64,000 nucleotides of DNA from the NCBI GenBank assembly GCA_963734535.1, contig CAVTHS010000008.1, positions 288,001 to 352,000 on the forward strand. Direction: 5' to 3'. The position numbers and the translations under genes were made by a program. Origin of the DNA: an uncultured Chloroflexia bacterium (GTDB taxonomy: Bacteria; Chloroflexota; Limnocylindria; Limnocylindrales; CSP1-4). The stretch's first letter is position 1; each line of letters begins with the position of its first letter. Positions 10,100 through 19,866 of the stretch are shown here, in pieces. Below the pieces are notes generated by a model that saw only the letters and a program-made list of their open reading frames with translations, searched no databases and was not told where the DNA came from.

Positions 10100-11502
10100 C
10101 CCAGCGACCCCTCCATCTCCATCTTCACCAGGCGGTTGAACTCGATGGCGTACTCCATCGGCAGCTCCTTCGTGAAGATCTCCAGGAAGCCCTGGACCAC
10201 GAGGTTGGTCGCCTCGTTCTCCGTCAGGCCGCGGCTCATCAGGTAGAAGATCTGGTCCGCGCTGATCTTGCCGACGGTGGCCTCGTGGGTCATCGTCGTG
10301 TCGTCTTCCTGGATGTCGATGTACGGGTAGGTGTCCGATCGGCTCGCCTCGTCGAGGAGGAGCGCGTCGCAGCGAACGCTGGCCACCACGCCGGTCGCGC
10401 CCGGCGCCACCTTGAGCGTGCCGCGGTAGGTGGCGCGGCCGCCGTCCTTGCTGACCGACTTGCTGACGATCCGGCTCCGCGTGTTGGGGGCCAGGTGGAC
10501 GGCCTTCGCGCCGGTGTCCTGGTGCTGGCCGTGACCGGCGAACGCCACGCTGATCACCTCGGCCGTGGCGCCTTCGCCGCGCAGGTAGATCGCCGGGTAC
10601 TTGACCGTCGCCCGGGAGCCGGTGTTCGCGTCGACCCACTCGACCGTGGAGCGAGCGTGGGCGTGCGCTCGCTTCGTCACGAGGTTGTAGACGTCGCGGC
10701 TCCAGTTCTGGATCGTGGTGTAGCGGATCTGCGCGCCCGGCAGGGCGATCACCTCGACGACGGCTGCGTGGAGCGCGTCGGTCGTGTAGATCGGGGCCGT
10801 GCAGCCCTCGATGTAATGGACCTTCGAGCCCTCGTCCGCGATGATCAGCGTCCGCTCGAACTGGCCCGTGTTCTCGCCGTTGATCCGGAAGTAGGCCTGG
10901 AGCGGAAGCGGGACCTCCACGCCCTTCGGGATGTAGACGAAGCTGCCGCCCGACCAGACCGCGCTGTTGAGCGCCGCGAACTTGTTGTCCTCCGGCGGGA
11001 TCACGGTGCCGAAGTACTTCTTGACGATCTCGGGGTACTCGCGCAGGCCCTGGTCCATGCCCATGAAGACCACGCCGATCTTGCTGAGCTCCTCGCGGAC
11101 CGAGTGGTAGACCACCTCGGAGTCGTACTGGGCGCCCACGCCGGCGAGGAACTTGCGCTCCGCCTCGGGGATCCCCAGCTTCTCGAAGGTCTGCTTGATC
11201 TTGTCCGGGACGTCGTCCCAGGACTTCTCTTCGCCTTCGGACGGCTTGCGGTAGTACACGATCTTGCTGAAGTCGAGGTGCTGGACGCTCTCGGGGATCC
11301 AGGTGGGCATCGCGCGGGCCATGAAATGGTCGTAGGCGCGCAGCCGGAACTGGAGCATCCAGTCGGGCTCGGACTTGAAGCCGCTGATCTCGACGACCGT
11401 CTGCCGGGTCAGGCCGACCTTCGTCTCCGCGAGGTACGTGACGTCGTCGTGGAAGCCGAACTGGTAGTCCTGGGAGACGATCTCTCCGCGCGCGACAGTC
11501 AT
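10096..11502 (-). CDS. sufB: Fe-S cluster assembly protein SufB
   Basis: AQYDSEVVYH, DNKFAALNSAVWSGGSF, GQFERTLII, YIEGCTAP, HEATVGKI, ELPMEYAIE. Confidence 0.96.
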   Translation of the reverse strand: MTVARGEIVSQDYQFGFHDDVTYLAETKVGLTRQTVVEISGFKSEPDWMLQFRLRAYDHFMARAMPTWIPESVQHLDFSKIVYYRKPSEGEEKSWDDVPDKIKQTFEKLGIPEAERKFLAGVGAQYDSEVVYHSVREELSKIGVVFMGMDQGLREYPEIVKKYFGTVIPPEDNKFAALNSAVWSGGSFVYIPKGVEVPLPLQAYFRINGENTGQFERTLIIADEGSKVHYIEGCTAPIYTTDALHAAVVEVIALPGAQIRYTTIQNWSRDVYNLVTKRAHAHARSTVEWVDANTGSRATVKYPAIYLRGEGATAEVISVAFAGHGQHQDTGAKAVHLAPNTRSRIVSKSVSKDGGRATYRGTLKVAPGATGVVASVRCDALLLDEASRSDTYPYIDIQEDDTTMTHEATVGKISADQIFYLMSRGLTENEATNLVVQGFLEIFTKELPMEYAIEFNRLVKMEMEGSLG

Positions 11503-11615
11503 CGTCACTCCTCGGGCAGGGTGGCGACCCGCCGCCGCGTGCCCGGGTGGGCAGGTCGGGAGTTCGGCAGCGGGGACGCGCCGGATCGCGAGGGTGCCGC
11601 GATCCGTCGCTGCCG

Positions 11616-11657
11616 AATTCCGACCTGTATTGTCGGATATCCGGCTGCCGCCGTCAA
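11616..11657 (-). promoter_or_regulatory. sigma70-type sufB promoter overlapped by an Rrf2/IscR-like inverted repeat
   Basis: Minus strand TTGACG-17nt-GACAAT; overlapping ATATCCGAC-N7-GTCGGAATT. Confidence 0.65.
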
Positions 11658-11726
11658 ACGGCAACGCGGCGGCGCGCGCGACAGGGCCCGAAGGCAGTCG
11701 CGGCGCTACCAGGACCCTTCGGACAC

Positions 11727-12557
11727 TCAGCGACCAAGCAGCGGGACGGGCGGCAGGCCGAGCGCGATACGGAGCTCGTTCGACGCCGCGGACGCCTGCA
11801 TGTTGGCCGTCTCGGCGTCGCTCCGCTTGGCCTTGAAGTCGGCCCATGTCTTCGACGCCATCGCGGAGTGGTACGAGACGTATTGCTTGTTGTCGGGCGT
11901 GAGGACCTTGCGCGCGAGCGCCTTGAAGTCGCCGTTCCACTTGATCTTCTGCACGTTGCGCATGAACTCGAGTCCGGCGGCCGCCCGCTCCTTCGCCAGG
12001 TGCTTCGCGTCCGCGAGCGTCTGCGCCGACTTGTCCCACGTGGCGGACGCCGCGCCGTTTGATTTGTTGACGGCCGTCGCGGCCTCGAGATACGCCGCGG
12101 CAAGCTGCGTGACGGTCGGGGTCGGCGCAGGGGTCGCGGATGGGGCCAGTGTCGCGGTGGGTGTCGATGCTGCGGGCGTGATGTTCGGGGTCGGCGCCGG
12201 GGTCCGGGATGAGGTTGGCGCCGGGGCGAGTGTCGATGCTGCGGGCGTGCCGGTCGGCACGACGGCGACCGGGGCGGATGGGGTTGACGTCGCGGTGGGT
12301 GCCGATGCTGCGGGCGTGCCCGTCGTCGGCAGGACGGCAACTGGCCCCGATGGGGCCGGCCGGCCACTCGCCGTCAATGCGAGGAAGACGACGACCGTCA
12401 TGAGGACGACCGCGTAGATATTCCGAGGCCGCAGGAGATCAAACGGTTGTTCGCCATACCGGGGCCGCGACGTAACGGGCGCCAGCCTGTGCAGCAGCGT
12501 GTACCTTCGACCCCGGCGTCTGCCCCTCGGCGGCGTCACAACCTCCTCCCTTGACAC
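11727..12557 (-). CDS. Membrane-anchored or secreted protein with Pro/Thr/Ala linker and helical C-terminal domain (start uncertain)
   Basis: Hydrophobic IYAVVLMTVVVFLAL, TPAAS repeats, basic helical C-terminus. Confidence 0.6.
   Translation of the reverse strand: MSREEVVTPPRGRRRGRRYTLLHRLAPVTSRPRYGEQPFDLLRPRNIYAVVLMTVVVFLALTASGRPAPSGPVAVLPTTGTPAASAPTATSTPSAPVAVVPTGTPAASTLAPAPTSSRTPAPTPNITPAASTPTATLAPSATPAPTPTVTQLAAAYLEAATAVNKSNGAASATWDKSAQTLADAKHLAKERAAAGLEFMRNVQKIKWNGDFKALARKVLTPDNKQYVSYHSAMASKTWADFKAKRSDAETANMQASAASNELRIALGLPPVPLLGR
12165..12318. repeat. Three intragenic copies of CGATGCTGCGGGCGTG at 69-nt period
   Basis: Copies at 12165, 12234, 12303 encode TPAAS every 23 aa. Confidence 0.8.
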
Positions 12558-12701
12558 CCGGCGACAGACGGCGCGGAAGCTCGGACCGCGATCTGTTGCA
12601 TGAAGGCTACGTTGGCAGTGAAGGGTAGATAAGGGCCTTTGTACCCTTCTCGCCTGCCTGCGCGGCCGAGGAATCCGGTGCGACCCCGCAGCGCGCCCGG
12701 C

Positions 12702-14223
12702 TCAGCTGGCTGCCGACTCGTCCCGGGCTGTGGACACGTCGATGGGGTGGCCGCCGGACCCGCTGGCGACGACGACCTGGTCTCGGCCTTTCGCCTTCGC
12801 GAGATACATCGCCGAGTCCGCCGCGAGGATCAGCTCCGCGGCCGAGGTGCCGTGGTCTGGGTATGCGGCCACCCCGACCGACATCGTGGCAGCCGGATAG
12901 GAGCCGGTCGAATTCGTCGAACTGGTGCGCCTTGATTCCCTCCCGCAGCGCCTCCGCCCGGCGGTGCGTGTCGGCCAGCGATGCCTTTGGCAGGATGACG
13001 ACGAACTCCTCGCCGCCGAACCGGCAGGCCACGTCCTCGCCCCGCACCGCCGCCCCAAGGAATTGACTGATCCGCCGCAGGACCTCGTCGCCTGCCGCGT
13101 GGCCGAAGGCATCGTTGAGCTGCTTGAAGTTGTCCAGGTCCGCCATCAGCAGGCCCAGGCCATAGCCCTCGCGCGCAGCCCGTCGGATCTCCCGGTCCAG
13201 AGACTCCTCCATGTATCGGCGGTTGAAGAGACCGGTCAGCGAGTCGCGCGAGGACTGCTCCCGGAGCGTGGCTCTGAGCCGGATGTTGGCGAGGGCGAGG
13301 GCCACCTGCTTTCCCAGCGTCTGGACCAGGCGTTCCCGGTCGGCAAGCCGTGCCACGCGAGCCTTGCTCCCCACCCGCCCGCGGACCTGGACGTGGAGCA
13401 GCCCCAGGGTCTCGGTTTGGGCAGTCAGCGGTTCGCAGAGCAGGCCATTCAGGATCGGTTCCTCGACGTGCGGGCATTTGAGCTCGGGGTCCCCGTCGTG
13501 GACAACGTGGAGCCGGCCACGCCGCAGACCCCAGCACTCGGTCGGGGAGAACACGCTCCGCGACGGGGGTGGACTGCCCCAGAGAGCCACCGCGTCGGCC
13601 GCCGTGCCCGACGACACGAGGGCATACACCGCGCCGGCGTCGCCCGAGAAGAGCGACTCGGCAATCCCGGCGACCACCGCGTATGCCTCGTCGAGCGACT
13701 GGCACGACTCGAGCAGCTCCCCCATCCGGGCCAGGAGGGACAGCTCGCGTCCGCGTTGCTCCAGCTCGTCGGCGTGACGCCTGAGCTCCTCGTTCGCGTG
13801 CTCCAGTTGCTCCTGGAGATTCGTTCGGCTCGTAATGTCGACGATCGTGGCGAAGACGAGCGGACCGCCGGGCACCTCCACCGGAGCAAGGCTGACCTCC
13901 GCCGGGAACTCCGTGCCATCGCGGCGGCGAGCGGCCAGCTCCAGCCCGCTGCCCATCGGACGCGGCGTCGGCTGAAGCCGATACCCGGCTCGGTGCGCGG
14001 CGTGTCGCTCGGCCAGGCGCAGCGGCACGAGGCTCTCGATCGGCTCTCCCAGGAGCTCCTCCGCCGACCAGCCGAACGCGCCCAGGACCCTCGGGCCGGC
14101 GTACACGATCCGACCGCGACCGTCGACGGCAACAACCACGTTGGGGCTCGCGTCGAGCACGATCTCGGCGCTGAGCCCGAGTGGTGCGGTGGCCCGGGCT
14201 CGTGGCACCCGTGGGGCGTCCAT
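12702..14223 (-). CDS. PAS-GAF-GGDEF diguanylate cyclase; frameshift near 12910
   Basis: PAS (RRDGTEFPAEVSL, DIT), GAF, DSLTGLFNRR, RGED I-site, RFGGEEF; C-terminus SVGVA..ADSAMYLAK..GRD in the other frame. Confidence 0.9.
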
Positions 14224-14383
14224 GTCGCTGCGCAAAGTATTGGCCGTGTGTCAAGAAAGGGCCAGCCGGATGTCGGGGGCGACCAAAGGACACGCAAACG
14301 TTGACTCGAGGGCCGGCCACCTGGACGGCGGTTGCGCGGACGGCGGTTGCGCGCTGCGCCGACCCGAGGTCGGCGCCGTTACT

Positions 14384-15085
14384 TCAGTGAGCCGAAGCGC
14401 CGTCCGGGACCGCCACCGTGACCAGTCCGGCCAGCCGCTCGTCGTCCAGGATCTTGATGCCCCCGCTGCGTTCACGCTTCACGAGACCCTCGGACTCCAG
14501 CCCGCGCAATGTCCGGTACATCATCACGCGGCTCGTCCCGATCATGGCTGCGAGGTCGGCTCGCTGTGCCACCGGATGCGGCGTGTCGAAGATCACCTTC
14601 CCGTAGCGGGTGAGGATGGCGGCCATCCGCTGGCGCGCCGTCTCGAACGACCGCTCGTCGAGGCGCACATTGAGAACCACGGCGAACTCCGATGCCAGGT
14701 CAAGGAGGCCGACTGCAAGCCCGGCGTCCTCGAGCGCGAGCCTCCGCAGGAAGTCCGGGTCCCATGTCGCCCAGGTCCCATCCGTCAGAGCGACCAGCTC
14801 GTAGAACGCTTCCCCGTCGCGGTCGCTGATCGAGCGCAGCCCGCCGAAGTAACCCGGCCCCGCGATCAGCGCGGCGTACACCTGCCCCGTCTCCGCGACC
14901 CGGCGATCCATGACGTGCCCGTCGAGCACGACGAAGGGAGGCAGGGGGATCCCCCTCGCGTGCAACACGTCGCGGCTGCTGAAGGACTGTCGCCGAGCCG
15001 CAGCTTCGAGGCGACGCAGCGACCCGGCGTCGGCGTTGGGCAACAGCCGATCAACATGGAGGCCAACCGATTCGATCGCGCCCAT
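14384..15085 (-). CDS. Crp/Fnr family transcriptional regulator
   Basis: cNMP-binding-like N-terminus (GPGYFGG), HTH RADLAAMIGTSRVMMYRTLRGLESEGLV. Confidence 0.88.
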   Translation of the reverse strand: MGAIESVGLHVDRLLPNADAGSLRRLEAAARRQSFSSRDVLHARGIPLPPFVVLDGHVMDRRVAETGQVYAALIAGPGYFGGLRSISDRDGEAFYELVALTDGTWATWDPDFLRRLALEDAGLAVGLLDLASEFAVVLNVRLDERSFETARQRMAAILTRYGKVIFDTPHPVAQRADLAAMIGTSRVMMYRTLRGLESEGLVKRERSGGIKILDDERLAGLVTVAVPDGASAH

Positions 15086-15264
15086 GGAGGTCCTCTTCGC
15101 CCCCCGCCGGATCGTACTGCATGACGGCCTGTGCTCGGGACTTCGGACAGCGACCGCGGTCCCGGCCGGGTCACGGAAGAGCGACAGCAGCCGCTCGGAC
15201 CGCCGATAGCCGGTTCGGCGGCGAGATCCGATCCCGTTCCGTCGGCCGACGGGAACGCAATCGG

Positions 15265-16506
15265 TCAGGGGCCCGGTGTCGCGTCGGGCGTCAGGGTCGC
15301 GTCGAGCGTTGGCGCGGACGTCGGAGTCGGCGCTGGTTCCGCATTGGGTGTCGGAGTAGGAGTTGGTTCCGCTGGCGAGATCGGGGCCGGCGTGGGCACC
15401 ACGTCGGGTGTCGGTGTCAGGGTCACGCCGGCGGTCGGCGTCGGGCTTGCGTCGGGCGTCACCACGGGCACCGCGTCTGGCGTCGGGGTTGGGCTCTCGA
15501 GCGTAGTCGAAGTCACGACCTCGACCGTGTCCCGCCCGGCGAATGTCCCGCCGCTGCGCAGGGAGCCCTGCACAGTGAATGTGAGCACCCCGCGACTGGC
15601 GCCCACGATTCCGGCCATCGCACTGGGATCGAAGCTGACCGCCACCCGGCCGTCCTTGTCCGCCGCCGCGCCGCTGTTCGGGATGCAGGCATCGCGGAAG
15701 CAGAGTTCCACCGAGGAGAGCGGGATCTCCGAGATCCTCCGCGGTGCGGTGATCGAACGGACGAAGACCGTGATCTGCTGCGCCGAATTGTCCGAACCCA
15801 GCTGGGCGATGCGCCGGAGCCCCGGATCGGGCTGCGGGATCGAGATCGGTAGCGGCCCGAAGTCGATGACCGCTGCCGACGGCTTCGCGACCTCCGCGCT
15901 GCCGCCAACGACGGCACGATCAAGGAGCCACGCCCCGGAGGGCGGAGCCGTGACCCGGTGGAACCTGCTGAGCACGGATCCGATGGCCGGGATCCGAAAT
16001 GCATACTGGCCGACGACGCGCACCTGGTTGTGGCTGAAATCGTCGGAGATGTTGTTCGCATCACCCTTGGTGACAAACCGCCCATTCGACAGGACCTCGA
16101 CCACGCGGTGCGTCACGACCTTGCCGTCTACCTCGAGGGTGAGGATCATCCCAGGCTCCACGACGGCTGGCGGCCGGACGAGAACGATCAGGTCGCCGGG
16201 AAGAATGGTCGGCGCCATGCTGCCGCCCTCGACACCGAGGACGTGATACCAGCGATTGTCGACGAGACCGTACCCGATGAACAGGAACAACACGACGGCC
16301 GCGAAGAGAGCTGCCGTCGAGGCGGCGCCCACTGCACCGCCGAACCGGCGAAGCACGGGCCGCCAGCCGCGCGGTGCCGGGTCCTGTCGCGGGGGCAGGT
16401 ACAGGACCACGAACCCCGTGGTCCCCCCGACCTGCTCGCCATCCTCGGGATCGACCGCCAGCGGAAGGCTCGCGGCCACTTCCGTTGCGGGAGTCATCTC
16501 GGCCAT
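15265..16506 (-). CDS. SipW-type (S26B) signal peptidase fused to a cleavage-like motif, beta-rich domain and PT tail
   Basis: TM, GGSMAPT, VTHRV, TKGDAN..D, RIPAIG, then SGAWLLDRAVVGG. Confidence 0.85.
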   Translation of the reverse strand: MAEMTPATEVAASLPLAVDPEDGEQVGGTTGFVVLYLPPRQDPAPRGWRPVLRRFGGAVGAASTAALFAAVVLFLFIGYGLVDNRWYHVLGVEGGSMAPTILPGDLIVLVRPPAVVEPGMILTLEVDGKVVTHRVVEVLSNGRFVTKGDANNISDDFSHNQVRVVGQYAFRIPAIGSVLSRFHRVTAPPSGAWLLDRAVVGGSAEVAKPSAAVIDFGPLPISIPQPDPGLRRIAQLGSDNSAQQITVFVRSITAPRRISEIPLSSVELCFRDACIPNSGAAADKDGRVAVSFDPSAMAGIVGASRGVLTFTVQGSLRSGGTFAGRDTVEVVTSTTLESPTPTPDAVPVVTPDASPTPTAGVTLTPTPDVVPTPAPISPAEPTPTPTPNAEPAPTPTSAPTLDATLTPDATPGP

Positions 16507-16543
16507 CGGCAGTGCTCCAATCGCCGTGTCATGGCGAGGACCT

Positions 16544-16570
16544 GGGGGAGGGGTGGGTTACCCCTCCCCC
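16544..16570. terminator. Hairpin just after the TasA-like gene (partial terminator or mRNA stabiliser)
   Basis: GGGGGAGGGGT-gggtt-ACCCCTCCCCC, 11-bp stem. Confidence 0.6.
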
Positions 16571-16589
16571 AAAGCCTCCCGGCTCGAGG

Positions 16590-17159
16590 CTAGAAGGTGG
16601 GATCCGCGGGCTGGGCGCCGTCCACGACGAGATTGAATGTCGCGGAGTCGCCCTGGTAGTCGTTACCGGCGGACGTGTCGAGCATGAACTGGTAGTAGAA
16701 GCAGTGGGTGATGTTCACATCAAGCGGATTGGCGATGATGCCAGCCGAACTATTCGACCGGACATCCAGGGCGTTCAGGGCGCCATCGCCCCACACGACG
16801 GGCCACGAGCCCGGGTTTGCGGTACCGCAGTACGTGTGGTGGACGCGGACGTTGAGCTTGTTGAACATCGCCGCGTCGCCGCCAGTGAACGCTGACGTGA
16901 GGCGGTACTTGAGCGGCAGTGTGCCAGGCGCGGAGTTGTACACGAAGACTTCGTACGGGTTGGTCCACTCGCCGGGGGCCATGTTCGAAATGGTGATCGA
17001 GGTGGCGTCCGCACCGTTGAAGCTGACGTGAAGCTTGCCGGCGGTCGCCGTGACCGGATCGGTTGCCTGCGACGTGAACCAGGCGGAGGTGCCAACGACG
17101 CCGGAGATGAGGACGAAGCTCGTCGCAAGTGCGAGGAAGAGGCCGAGTCGCTTGCGCAT
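16590..17159 (-). CDS. TasA/camelysin-like protein with SipW-cognate signal peptide
   Basis: MRKR-hydrophobic-GTSA|WFTS..TAGKL; NMAPGE; N.AGNDYQGDSATFNL TasA-family C-terminus. Confidence 0.85.
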   Translation of the reverse strand: MRKRLGLFLALATSFVLISGVVGTSAWFTSQATDPVTATAGKLHVSFNGADATSITISNMAPGEWTNPYEVFVYNSAPGTLPLKYRLTSAFTGGDAAMFNKLNVRVHHTYCGTANPGSWPVVWGDGALNALDVRSNSSAGIIANPLDVNITHCFYYQFMLDTSAGNDYQGDSATFNLVVDGAQPADPTF

Positions 17160-17234
17160 GATCGATCCTTTCGTGCTTCCTCCGCCAACTCGGGCGGAAC
17201 GATTGATGGCGACACCGTAGGGATGACCACGCCG

Positions 17235-17304
17235 GCCGCCATCCGTGCCAGCCCGTAGGCGGGTACGCGTTCAAACCGTGCAGGCAGGGGTCTGAGTGCG
17301 TACA
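17235..17304 (-). promoter_or_regulatory. Conserved upstream element, copy A
   Basis: 36/38 identity with 20457-20494, plus TGTACGCA exactly 24 nt upstream in both copies. Confidence 0.7.
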
Positions 17305-17516
17305 GGGTGTGGTCCCCGGGCGCGGGTTCTCACCCGGGCGAGCACCCCCTTGCCGTGCACCGACCGTGTCCTGGGCCCAATCCCGCCGCCGCTCCGATCC
17401 GACGGCCGGCGAGCCTTCGGACGACCTCTGTGTGACCTCCCGGCGGCTGGTGCCGTTGGGCCGAGCAATCCTGGCGAGGCCAGGGCCGCGCCGTCGGTCG
17501 TCGCGAGTTCGACCGC

Positions 17517-18727
17517 TCAGGGAGCGAGCGTCGCGTCGGGCGTCGGGGTCGCGTCGAGCGTTGGCGCGGATGTCGGGGTGGGATCTGGGTCGAGTGGCGG
17601 CGTCGGCGTGGCCACCACGTCGGGCATCGGCGTCGTCGTGGGGTCGGCGGTCGGTGTCGGGGTCACGTCGGGCGTCGAGGTCGGGGTACGTCGGGCGTAG
17701 GGGCCCGTGTGGGGATCGGGGTCACGTCGGGCGTCGGTGTCGGCTGGAGATCGAGCAGCGGGTTCGGGCCCGGTGCTGCGCCAGCGGTCGACTCGAGCTC
17801 GCAGCCCGCGAATGTGTCCTTCGTCGTGCCGTAGCACGCATCGGTTCCGTCGCCTCCGTCGAGGAGGTCCTTGCCGTTGCCGCCTTCGAGCACGTCGCCG
17901 TCTTCACCGCCGTGGAGAGAGTCGTCGCCGGCCCCGCCGAGCAGCACATCCTTGCCGTTGCCGCCGACCAGGGTGTCGTTGCCGTCCCCACCGACGAGGC
18001 AATCCTTGCCGTTGCCGCCGTAGATCGTGTCGTTGCCCCCGAGGCCGAACACGAGCGCGCCGCCGTGGCCCGCATGGAACGTGTCGTTACCCTCCGTGCC
18101 GACGATCACCTCGGCGAACGTCATGCCGGTGCATTCTGGCGGGGTCGGCGGGGCGATCGGAGTCGGGGTCGGGGTGGGTGTTGGCCATGAGCCCACCGTG
18201 ATCTGCATCCCGGCGCTCGTCCGGTCCGCAAACGAAGCCTCCGAACCGTTCCAGACCGGGAGGATGTGGCCGAGCCAGGGAACGGTCGCGACGTACAGCC
18301 CGTCGACCTGAATGGGCTGGCCGCTCCAGGCGTTGTTCACGCGGTTCGCGTCCCCGCGCGTGACGTAACGTCCCGTCGGCGTTGACGGCCACCACGCGAT
18401 GGGTGACGACCTCGCCGCCCACGCTCATCACGAGGATCATGCCCGGCTCGATCTTCGAGGGAGCCGGCGCGACCAGGATCAGGTCCCCACGCGAGATTGC
18501 CGGCTCCATCGAGCCGCCCTCGATCGTGATCATCCGGTACCAGGGGTTGCCGACGATCCCTGCTCCGATGAAGACGGCGAGCGCCAGGGCGGCGAACAGC
18601 GTCCACTTCGACCAAGGCACCGAGAAGCCGCCCGACACGAGCGATGTCGTGCGAGCGGCATCGCCGGGCGAATGCGGACGGCTTCGGTCGAGTCGCGAAA
18701 GCGCGTCTGGACCTGGGTTCCGCTCAT
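17517..18727 (-). CDS. SipW-type signal peptidase fused to cleavage motif, RTX-type Ca-binding repeats and PT tail; about 3 frameshifts
   Basis: GGSMEPA, VTHRV, RGDAN, VPWLG, SEA|SFAD..ITVGSW, GGxGxDxLx repeats; assembled from ORFs 18087-18638, 17663-18340, 17517-17837. Confidence 0.78.
17831..18046 (-). repeat. About 8 tandem hemolysin-type (RTX) nonapeptide repeats
   Basis: [72 protein letters not shown]. Confidence 0.9.
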
Positions 18728-18904
18728 CGACTCTGGCCTCTCCTGGGATTGATCACTGTGCCTTTGCGTTCCGATCGCCTTCCCGCCGACGACCGAGCAC
18801 TGAAGGAATGGCCCAGCCCGGTGTGAACGCACCCCGGGCTGAGGCCCTCTGTGGACAAGCTGTCCACCAGCGGCGTCCCCTCAACGCCGCTCGGATTGAT
18901 GCCG

Positions 18905-19820
18905 TTACGGCAGACGGCGTTGAAGCGGGTCCAGTCGAAGCGGTCGTCGCGCCTCAGCGCCGAAGCTCATGCGGACCTCGAACATGCGCTGACACCGGAC
19001 GGTGATCGTGACGTCTGGCCGTGGTTCAGGCGCGGTCGCCGATGCACTTGAACGGCCACAGGCCGTCGGTGAGCGAGCGGGTAGTTCCAGTGTGTCATGC
19101 GACGCCGCCCGACGGTGACCGCCGCTGCTCGGGCGTGTTGCCGTTGAAGCGGTACTCGAAGCAGACTGCCGCCGCTGGCGCCGGGTGAAGGTCAGCGCGC
19201 TCGAACCGTGATCGTGGTCGTCGACGGTGACATGGGCCAAGCCGCTGCCCACGTTGGCCGCGTCGTGCTGCGGGTCACAGCGTTGGTGCTTCGACGTGCC
19301 CGAGCGATGCCAGCGCTCCAGGCCTGACCGCGGGCACCTCGCCGCAGTTCACCGTGTAGGTGATCGAGCCGGCGTCGCCGAGGTCGTTCGTGCCAAGCTC
19401 AGCCCACTGGATGCCAGCGTTGTAGGTCTTGGTCCCACCGGCAGCCAGCGGTCACGGCGGCGGTTGGCGTGGCCAGGATGCTCGAGAAGTTGCTCGACAG
19501 GTTCCCGCGCCCAGCTCGACGTGACCGTGAGCGACTGCGGGATGGAGCCCGTGTTCTGCACGGTGAAGGAGAACGGGGCGCTCCCCGCCACGGAGCTCAT
19601 GATCGTTGGGGACGTGAAGGTGAGCGACTTGCCGTCGGCCGCGATGCCGTCCGACGCCGCGCCCGGTGTCGCAGCGACGATCTTGCAGGCGAACGTGCCG
19701 ACGTCGATGTTCTGCGGTGGCGGTGACTGAGTCCTGGAAGACGGCGCTAACACCGCCGCCGATGAGTCCGACCGTGAGGCCGCCTGCGGCAAGCAGGCCG
19801 GCGATCTTGCGTAGAGACAT
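18905..19820 (-). CDS. Second SipW-substrate (TasA-like, Ig-like) protein with extra C-terminal domain; heavily frameshifted
   Basis: MSLRKIAGLLAAGGLTVGLIGGGVSA|VFQDSVTA..NIDVGTF, FTVQNTGSIP; downstream fragments CFEYRFNG and FEVRMSFGAE..DRFDWTRF. Confidence 0.65.
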
Positions 19821-19866
19821 TGTTCCTCTCACTCCGTGGGATGTGCTTGGGGCACGTGGGCAGATC

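Noticed and set aside
17235-17252. sigma54 promoter (CTGGCACG) in the duplicated element
   Set aside because: No TTGC at -12; GG-N10-GC spacing is not met
17831-18046. RTX toxin / type I secretion substrate
   Set aside because: No toxin domain or T1SS genes; the protein has an N-terminal TM and peptidase domain
18750-18800. c-di-GMP-I riboswitch (GGAACGCAAAGGC)
   Set aside because: No GGCAAAC/GNRA P2 stem or P3 receptor recognisable; an Rfam scan is needed to exclude it fully
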